64,000 nucleotides of DNA from Macrostomum lignano (Eukaryota), in assembly GCA_002269645.1 (NCBI GenBank), contig NIVC01001230.1, forward strand, positions 124,001 through 188,000, in the 5' to 3' direction. The stretch's first letter is position 1, and each line of letters starts with the position of its first letter. The notes beneath the pieces are model-generated. The model worked only from the letters and a program-made list of their open reading frames with translations, searched no databases and had not been told where the DNA came from. The translations under genes were made by a program, and so were the position numbers. Below are positions 56,101 to 64,000 of this stretch, in pieces.

Positions 56101-59100
56101 AGCGTCTGCAGAAGGTGGTCGAATCCGCCTCTTGCAATGGCCGTATGCAGTACGGCTGATTCGGTCTCTGCTGACTGAGTTGAGACCGCCGAAGCTGACG
56201 GTGAATCCAAGGGAGCTCGCCGACGCTGCCGCCATCTCTTGTCTACACGTCGTTCTGGTGCTGAGTGCACATTTGAGTAGCTAACTGATGTGCAGCAGTC
56301 GCTGTCGCGAGTTCGATGTGATGAATGTGGATCAGGTGCAGGCGGCCACTGAGGCTTCATCTGCTGACAGTCGGTAGTGCAGCCGCAGTCGCCAGTACTG
56401 GCTCCACTTGAGTAATGCAAAGCCGGATGCAGGACCTCAGTAAGAGGTGCGCACTGTGGCTCGTTGCACTGTATGCGCCATTGCTCCATTCGCCAATCCG
56501 ATGACGCAGTCGGTTTCTCCCTGATGCAACGTGCAGTCATGGGGTGACATTTCAGCTTGTAAAATGCAGCCATCTGCCAGTCCGTCACAGTCTCGTCACA
56601 GTCGGAAAGCTCACAGTAGAAAAGTACTTTTTCTCGCCGAGAAACAGCCGGTTGTAGGTAAATTGACTCGCTTGTAGACTCTGCACAGCTTTGCCAGCTC
56701 TGTGGTTGCTGGTACAGCAGCTCCAGCTGAAGGTTGAATTCCTCCTTGAATTCTACGGCCAAGACAGGTGATGGGTCGTCAGAGACGCGGGTTATTTGTT
56801 GCTGGAGAGCATACCGAAAGCTGCGGTTGACGCGGCGTGTCATTGAACTGCACTTCTGCAGAATGTTTTGTTCACTCGATGGCCAATCGATGGCGTCACC
56901 AGTATGACAGTCAATGCAGTGATGCTTGCAGGGACAGTCGAGATTCGACGGGACCAAGTACGACCTTGGCGATGGTAGCACCTGTGCCGGAGTTGAGCTA
57001 CAAAACACGATGCACCAATGCTTCCTCACTGTCTTGATTACTGGTCTGTCTGTCTCCACTGGCGTTGGCATAGGTGTGCAGGACTCGAGCAGCAAATTGT
57101 GAGATACTTCCCTAGCTGGAGTAACCGGCAGACTCCTGAGGAAGATACTCTCGAAGAAGCAGTGAGTCCTCCTGCTTGCAGTCGCTTTCTCGTTCAGTGA
57201 CGATACAACTGAACTCTCTGAGCGAGGCCTTGAATCCACAGCTGACCGTGACCTGACAACCGCCTGCTGCAAGTCCGGGGTCAGGCAAACTTCCGCAGTG
57301 CTGAATCGAGTAAGCTTATAGGTCTTTCTGCTTCGATCTGGGGACCGTTTGCAGCTCAACGGGGTGTCAGCGTTGAAGGCGTCGACAGAGGAGCTTCCGT
57401 CATCCGGTGGAAGCCGAAAATGCGCATCGCCAGCGGCTGCACAGCGTCGAAAGTCGCACAGACTGGGCGATGATGCGGCTTCGCTGATGCCTTCGCTAGT
57501 CAAGTCCATTTCAGATTTTGCACGGAAAAAATTGTGTGAAATTTGTTTGGCTGTTATCAATAGGTTGCAAGTTCTAGTTTCGCAATTTTTGCCCTAGACG
57601 AAATGTAACTCTAGTGCTCATTCGACAAGTTAAGACAAAATCTACAAGTAGTTGTCTCTGCTAAGAAAAGCATCTGCTCTTCTAGGAAACCACTGAAAAG
57701 GCTGAAATATATTGACTCCCTATGTGATTTTAAGCTGATCTGAGTTCAATAAGTCCATACAGTTCATACTAAGGGGACAGATCATCTCTCGTAGTGGCCT
57801 GAGTCCCAGGAGGTGCGCTATGGAGTGCGGATGCTTACGGAGACACAGCACAAGCAACTTTTGCCATCCTCATCAACAAGCAAAGTACACTCATCTATGA
57901 AGAGAGATTAGCCCTCAGATTTGGGTCGCAAGACAAGCCGGGGCTGCAATCATTTTCCAGAAACAATCCTTAGCTACTCGTACTTAAGCACGGGAGCTTA
58001 GACGCGTCGCAGAGCAAGGTCTGACTTTAATCCTTCAGCATTTGACCACTCAATGAGTCATCAAACAGTATCAATGTGTTTGGCGCATCAGTCAATGATC
58101 TGAATTCTCCTCTCACTATCCTGACGCCCCTCAGGTGGCCTCGCGCCTGTCGCCCGGCCAGTTCACCCTCTCGCTCACGGCCACGGACTCCGCTGCGCCG
58201 CCGCTGTCGGCCAGCCTGCTGCTCAACCTGACCGTCCAGCTGCGCAACGAGCGCGCCCCGGTGTTCGCGCGGCCCGCCTACCAAGCCGCCGTCACCGCCG
58301 CATCGACCAGCGACGGGACCGGCGCCAGGCGTCTCTTGCAGGTGTCGGCTGTCGACCCGGATGGCGACCCGGTGACCTACGCCATCCTGAGCGGCGGCGG
58401 TGGCGCACTGGAGATCGACTCTGCCACCGGTTGGGTGTCGCTGGCCGACGGCGCCGGTGGCAGCTGGCTGCTGTGCGGCAGCCTCTCAGTACTGCTCGGC
58501 GCTACCGACTGCGGCAGGCCGCCGCTGACTGGGAACGCCACTCTGACAGTCACTGTCAGCAGCTCGGCCGCCTTCCCGCCCCGCTTCCACCGCCCGGTGT
58601 TCACCGCTGCCGTCTCCCTCGCCTCGCTCACCGACGGCGCCTGCGTCGCTCGGGTATCGGCCTTCGACCCAGACTGCGGCTCCGTGCTGAACTTTGACTT
58701 CGCCGTCAACCCTACAGCCAGCTGGTACGGTCGCGAGTTCGAATCCGCTTTTCGGCTGGAGCCGCGCACCGGCCAGCTGTGCGTCCTGAACGGCACGGCA
58801 GCGGGCCGGCTGATGGCGCGGGCTGGCGGCCGCCTGGACCTGTCGGTGCGAGTCACGGATCCGTCAGGCATGCAGAGCTTCGCCTTGCTGATCCTGCGGC
58901 TGCCTAGCAACGGCCTGGCAACCGAAAGCGCCTCCGCTGGCCATGGATTTTTTCCTATTGACAAGTTAGTTTGGGTAGTTAGTTTTTTTCAGATTCAATT
59001 GCGTTTCCGGATCTTTGGGATTAAAATATGAGGTTCTATGAGCTTAAAATTTTAATCAGTGTGGGATTCGAGTCGGTGTGGGATTTGAGTCAGTTTGGGA

Positions 59101-62100
59101 TTTGATTTAATGTGGGATTCGAATCTGTGGGATTCGAGTTAATGTGGAATTCGAATCTGTGGGATTCGAGTCAGTGTGGGATTCGAGTTAATGTGGGATT
59201 CGAGTCGGTGTGGGATTCGAGTTAATGTGGGATTCGAGTCAGTGTGGGATTCGAGTTAATGTGGGATTCGAGTCGGTGTGGGATTCGAGTTAATGTGGGA
59301 TTCGAATCTGAGGGATTCGAGTCAGTGTGGGATTCGAGTTAATGTGGGATTCGAGTCAGTGTGGGATTCGAGTTAATGTGGGATTCGAGTCGGTGTGGGA
59401 TTCGAGTTAATGTGGGATTCGAATCTGAGGGATTCGAGTCAGTGTGGGATTCGAGTTAATGTGGGATTCGAGTCGGTGTGGGATTCGAGTCAGTGTGGGA
59501 TTCGAGTTAATGTGGGATTCGAATCTGTGGGATTCGAGTCAGTGTGGGATTCGAGTTAATGTGGGATTCGAGTCGGTGTGGGATTCGAGTTAATGTGGGA
59601 TTCGAATCTGTGGGATTCGAGTCAGTGTGGGATTCGAGTTAATGTGGGATTCGAGTCGGTGTGGGATTCGAGTTAATGTGGGATTCGAATCTGTGGGATT
59701 GAGTCAGTGTGGGATTCGATTTAATGTGGGATTCGAATCTGTGGGATTCGAGTCAGTGTGGGATTCGAGTTAATGTGGGATTCGAATCTGTGGGATTCGA
59801 GTTAGTGTGGGATTTTAGTCAGTGTGGGATTTTAGTCAGTGTGGGATTTGAGTCGGTTTGGGATTTGAGTCGGTTTGGGATTTGAGTCAGTGCGGGATTT
59901 GAGTAGTGGGATTCGACCAAGGCTAAATCTCCAGTCCCAACTCGTGCCCCCAGACTCCAAGTGGACGTCAGCGAGTGGCAACCGCCAGGCCGGGAGATTT
60001 TCACCGTGGCGGCGGTCGGCGGCTGCCCCTCTGGCTACCGGCTTCTGGAGCCGCGGCCGCCCTTCCAGCTGCTGCCCAACGGCAGCCTGCTGCTGCAGCC
60101 GCCCGGCCTGGACTTCGAGACCGGGCCGCGAACTCGCGACCTTCGAGTCAGCTGCGACGGCATTGCTAGCTCCTCCGTCCTGCTGGTGAGCATCGGCCTG
60201 TTGAACGAGAACGACAACCCGCCCGACTGCGGCCGGCCCGCATCCGCCGCCGCCGCTTCCGGCCAGTCGGTGCCGGACAACCTCCGGCCGGGCGACCGAA
60301 TTGACAGCCTCGCCTGCGAGGACCCGGACGGCGGCCCGGTCGGCCTCACCTACGAGCTGGCGGGCCCCGCCGCCGAGCGGCTGTCGCTGGCGCCGTCCAC
60401 CGGCCTGCTGACCGTCCGCCGAAGCATCAGCGACCTCGCCGGCAGCGGCATCGACCTGTCCGTCAGGGTGTGCGACTCCGACCTGCTGTGCTCGAACTTC
60501 ACCCGCCGCCTGCTGGTGCGGGACACCAACGATCACCGGCCCGCGCTGTCCCAGCCGGCGGGCTACTGGTTCCTGGTCAGCGAGGCCGCCCCCGTCGGCT
60601 CGGTGGTCGGCCGCGTGGCAGCCTCCGACCCGGACCTCGGCGACAACGGGCGCGTCCGATTCCGATTTACAACGCCCAGCGACTACTTTGGCATCGACGC
60701 GGTGGACGGCGCTGTCCGAGTTCTGCAGCCGCTGGACAGGGAGGCCCAACCGGAGCATCTCCTGACTGTCGAGGCGGCCGACGCTGGCACACCCAAGTCT
60801 CTCAGCGCTATCGCCCCTCTCAGCGTGCTGCTCGTCTCCGATGTCAACGACGCCGCGCCGACATTCGGACAGCCGGCCTACCGTCTGCTTGCGGCCGGCC
60901 ACTCGCCGCTTGGTGCCGCTCTGGCGACTGTGTCCGCCACAGACGCTGACGCACCCGAATCTGGAGGCGGCGGCAACGGCGACACCCGATTTGCCGTGTC
61001 CGGTCCCGCGGCCGCTTTCCTGACCGTCCATCCGGTGACCGGCGTTGTCTCTGTAGCTGGCCAACTGGCGGACCTGGACAGTGGCGGCGTGTCCGGCCAG
61101 CTGACGGCACCGATGGGGGCGGCCTGACCGGCTCGTCGTCCATCAGCCTGCAAACTGTGCCGTTCGACAATGTCGATGCCGATAATGACAATGTCGGTGG
61201 CGATGACCGTTCGGACGGCTGGCGCAACAGCAGCGTCAGTTTGGCCGTGAGCGAGTCCGCCAGCGTTGGTCACGTGATCGGCCGGATCTTCACGGAGTCG
61301 CAGGCGGCGGCCTACTTCACTGTGGTGCGGCCGGCTGACTCGGCGGTGGCGGTGGCCATCGACAACGGCCGGGTGCTGGTGAACCGCCGCCTAGACCGGG
61401 AGTCGGCCCCAGTCCACGCCTACCAGGTGCTGGTGACCGAGGCGGCTCAGCGAGGCCCCGGCCGGCCCCGCTCCTGCTGGGTGGCACTCGAGGTCCGCGT
61501 TCTGGACGAGAACGACAACTGGCCGGTGTTCGCCGATGCCGCACCCGCGGTGACCGTGCCGGAGTCACTGCCCGCTGGCTCCCCGCTGTACCGCTTCTTT
61601 GCCGCCGATCCCGACACTGGACCAACGGCACCGTCCGGTTCCGCCTGGCATTCGACCGACTTGCCGACTTTCTCTGGCTGCACCCGGTGTCCGGTCAGCT
61701 GTACACCAAGCGCAGCCTGGTTAGCATGGCAACCGCTAACAACAGCTTCGAGGTGGCCGCGGTGGCCACCGACCTGTGCGCCGGCCCGCCCGATTGTCGC
61801 AGGCGGCGTCACGCGGTGCTTCGCGTCACTCGTCGTCCGCGATGTTAACAACTGGGCGCCGCAGTTCCGGCTGGGCGAGGGCGCCTTCTTCCTGCCCAGC
61901 GACCCGGCCGGCCGCATCGTGGGCCACCTGGAGTTGGCCGACCCGGACCCGGGCCCGGCCGGACTGGCTGCTCGGTTCCGCTGGAAGGCGGACGCTTCGG
62001 CCGGTCGGGCAGTCAGCATCGACTCGCTCGGCCTGGTGCGGCTTGCCGTGCCCGGCTCCGAGGCGGCTGCTGCGGCGGCGGCTGCAGCGGCGCGGCTGCG

Positions 62101-64000
62101 TCTTCAACGGTGCAGCATCGGCTGCAGCTGCGACTCAACGTCAGCGTCGAGGACGCCGGCGCGGTGCCCCGCTCGGACTGGCGCCTTGTCGGCCTGCCAC
62201 TGCTGCCCGACGGCTCCGAGTCCGACTCGGCCGGCTTCTCCCAGCCCGCCTACCTGGCCAGCCTGTCCACTGCCGCGCCGCGCCGGCCAGGAAGTCGCCC
62301 AACTAGCTGCCAGGAGCCGCTCCGCCCGAGTGTCCCGCCTGCAGCAGTCGGCCGCGGACCGGTTCGGCCTGCCCTCCGGCCTGTTCGACGACCTGTTCCT
62401 GGTTGACTCGGCCACCGGCCAGGTTCGGTTGTCCCGGACACTGCATCCGGACAGCAGGGATTTCTACTCTGTGACCGCGCTGCTGCGCGAGCCCGACGGC
62501 CAGCTGGCGGACACCTGCCTCATCACCGTGAGCCTGCAGGACGAGAATCTGCACTCGCCGGAGCTCGAGTACTTCACCGAGGTGCCGCCGAGGGCCAGGC
62601 TTCGCCGACTTGATCACCGTGACGCGCACGACCCGACCGCGGCCCCGCCGGCCGGCTTGTCTACTCCATCGACGGCGATGACGCTCTGAGCCGCTTCATC
62701 CTCGACCCGAGCAGCGGCCGCCTGTCCTGCTCGGCGCTCGACTACCCGAGGCCGCGCGCGGCCCGGCTAGCCCGCGCTATCATCATCGGATTCGCGTCGT
62801 AGCCACGGACGGTGGCGGCCGCACCGGGACCGCTCTGGTGCTGGTCCGGGTTCTGCCGGCCAACCGGTTCGCCCCGGTGTTCCGGAGAGCCGCTACTCGG
62901 CCCGCCTGCCCGAGCTCGCCCCGCCCGGCACCTGCTGCTCGCCGTGTCCGCCTGGGACCGCGAGGACGGCGACCGGCTCGCTATCGCGTCGTATCGCAGT
63001 CCGGAGGTGCGGCGGCCGGTCTGTTCAGCGTCACCCGGCCACTGGGGAGCTGCGGCTGGCCATTCCGGTCGATCGGGAGAAACTGGCCTTCGTGTCCATC
63101 ACTGTGGCCGCCACCGACTCCAGCGAGGTGCGCACTGGTTTCATAGTGACCCCCTATCCACCCATACAATCGCCCCTATCCTCCATAGAATCTCTTCCTA
63201 TCCGCCCAAAGAATCGCCCTTTCGCCCATAGAACCACCCCCTATCCGCCCATAGAATCTCTTCCTATCCGCCCAAAGAATCGCCCTTTCCGCCATAGAAC
63301 CACCCCCTATCCGCCATAGAATCTCTTCCTATCCGCCAAAGAATCGCCCTTTCCGCCCATAGAACACCCCCTATCCGCCCATAGAACCGCCCCCTATCCT
63401 ACCATAGAATCTCTTCCTATCCGCCCAAAGAATCGCCCCTTTCCGCCCATAGAACCACCCCTATCCGCCCATAAAATCGCCCCTTTCCGCCTATAGAATT
63501 GCCATAGAATAGCCCCCTTCCAATGATCGCATTGCCTAGTATTTATCCGGAGTCTTTGTCCCCGCATACTGCGCGCAGGTAAACCCGATGTCCGCCCTGG
63601 TGAGCGTTGACGTCGAGATTGTGGACCAGAACGACCACCGGCCCGAGTTCGCGTCGGCCTTCTACTCGGCGCGGGCCGCCGGCCCCGGCCCCTGCTGACC
63701 CTGCGCGCCACTGACCGGGACTCGAGCGCCGCGAACAGCCGCCTGACCTACAGCCTGGCCGAGCCGGACAGCGCCAGCCACGCCGTCACTGTGGATCCGG
63801 ATAGCGCCTGGTCAGTCTCGGACAGTCGGCCTTGCCAAACTCCCGACTGATTCGAGTGCGCGCGTCCGACTCCGGCCTTCCGGCTGCCCTGACGGCCGAG
63901 ACCGCCATTCTGCTGCTGCCGGCGACATCCAAGCCGGCGCTGCTGTTCGACCGAAACTTTACCGGCAGCATCGCCGAGAACTCCGCAGCGGGCACCTGCC
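53183..64000 (+). CDS. Giant cadherin (Dachsous/Fat4-like), 5' part, runs past the window end
   Basis: Signal peptide MLPLLLLLPLLHSPPGASG; many cadherin repeats (LDRE/LDFE, DxNDxxPxF, AxDxD). Exons 53183-54379, 58135-58964, 59954-63127, 63579-end. ITAGNAEHRFRL resembles EC2 of Ds/Fat4. Several 1-bp frameshifts from ~61100 onward. Confidence 0.93.
54440..54740. repeat. 20 bp minisatellite (ATGATCTGACACCTCGATCA), cadherin intron 1
   Basis: About 15 copies. Confidence 0.95.
55102..55375. mobile_element. Foldback MITE (MULE-like)
   Basis: Long imperfect inverted repeats (CATCACAAACCCAAAAAATCGCAACTCC vs GGGTTGTGATTTTTCGGGTTTATGATG); flanks AGTCAAGGG / AGTCAAGAA resemble a 9-bp TSD. Confidence 0.65.
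55581..57509 (-). CDS. Intronless Ser/Cys-rich orphan protein (~642 aa), copy 2, antisense in cadherin intron 1
   Basis: Uninterrupted 1.93 kb ORF from ATG GAC TTG ACT AGC (aligned with the ATG of copy 1); Cys clusters, an acidic tract and a C-terminal amphipathic helix. No family recognised. Confidence 0.7.
   Translation of the reverse strand: MDLTSEGISEAASSPSLCDFRRCAAAGDAHFRLPPDDGSSSVDAFNADTPLSCKRSPDRSRKTYKLTRFSTAEVCLTPDLQQAVVRSRSAVDSRPRSESSVVSSLNEKATASRRTHCFFESIFLRSLPVTPAREVSHNLLLESCTPMPTPVETDRPVIKTVRKHWCIVFCSSTPAQVLPSPRSYLVPSNLDCPCKHHCIDCHTGDAIDWPSSEQNILQKCSSMTRRVNRSFRYALQQQITRVSDDPSPVLAVEFKEEFNLQLELLYQQPQSWQSCAESTSESIYLQPAVSRREKVLFYCELSDCDETVTDWQMAAFYKLKCHPMTARCIREKPTASSDWRMEQWRIQCNEPQCAPLTEVLHPALHYSSGASTGDCGCTTDCQQMKPQWPPAPDPHSSHRTRDSDCCTSVSYSNVHSAPERRVDKRWRQRRRAPLDSPSASAVSTQSAETESAVLHTAIARGGFDHLLQTLERARLRYSGSAVSATFSCPGTGSGRRRRRQQSKACSFQTCPATCDLGLENDRNELEIEDEDVEESELENTQVLDGNQSNFEDNDCSDEFCACDTQYCSCNFRTCCCEGDYQCNDGLAEPSVQPLIDHSTASQRERREAKIIDSMSQSLLTLTKSLESCVRHIRGTVAELQRL
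59060..59915. repeat. ~17 bp minisatellite (GTGGGATTCGAGTCAGT / GTGGGATTCGAGTTAAT), cadherin intron 2
   Basis: About 50 units in alternating variants. Confidence 0.95.
63150..63510. repeat. Composite tandem repeat (CCTATCCGCCCATAGAAT..), cadherin intron 3
   Basis: Repeated CCTATCCGCCC(A/AA)AGAATC modules between donor 63128 and acceptor 63578. Confidence 0.88.

Noticed and set aside
57510-57560. Upstream TTG-started extension (MITAKQ..) of the orphan ORF
   Set aside because: Non-ATG start, and homology with copy 1 begins at the ATG at 57509.

Overview
This is eukaryotic (animal) genomic DNA, not prokaryotic. GC/CpG-rich spliced exons, introns filled with locus-specific minisatellites and TTAGGG repeats suggest a free-living flatworm such as Macrostomum (inference from composition only). 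Genes: a 7-exon MARK/Par-1 kinase (+, 4978-13148), a 3-exon NHL-repeat protein (+, 17674-25388), a 2-exon orphan with VKAEPG repeats (-, 32765-26607) whose intron holds a young Mag-type Ty3/Gypsy element inserted in a minisatellite, FCF1 (-, 34345-33744), a 3-exon tail-anchored protein with a KASH-like tail (+, 41661-42726) and the 5' part of a giant Dachsous/Fat4-like cadherin (+, 53183 to window end). An intronless ~640-aa Ser/Cys-rich orphan ORF occurs twice (37.9-40.0 kb with an in-frame stop; 55.6-57.5 kb intact, antisense in a cadherin intron). Also present: a CORE-SINE, hAT and MULE-like MITEs, a CMC/EnSpm-like DNA element and about 20 tandem repeats. Single-base frameshifts in several GC-rich genes are probably assembly errors. 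Best leads: sharply bounded AT-rich, CpG-poor domains with two-strand C>T/G>A changes (RIP-like); FCF1 lacking exactly its initiator Met at a splice acceptor (possible spliced-leader AUG); and the duplicated orphan ORF whose homology stops at its start and stop codons. All coordinates, counts and identities were read by eye.
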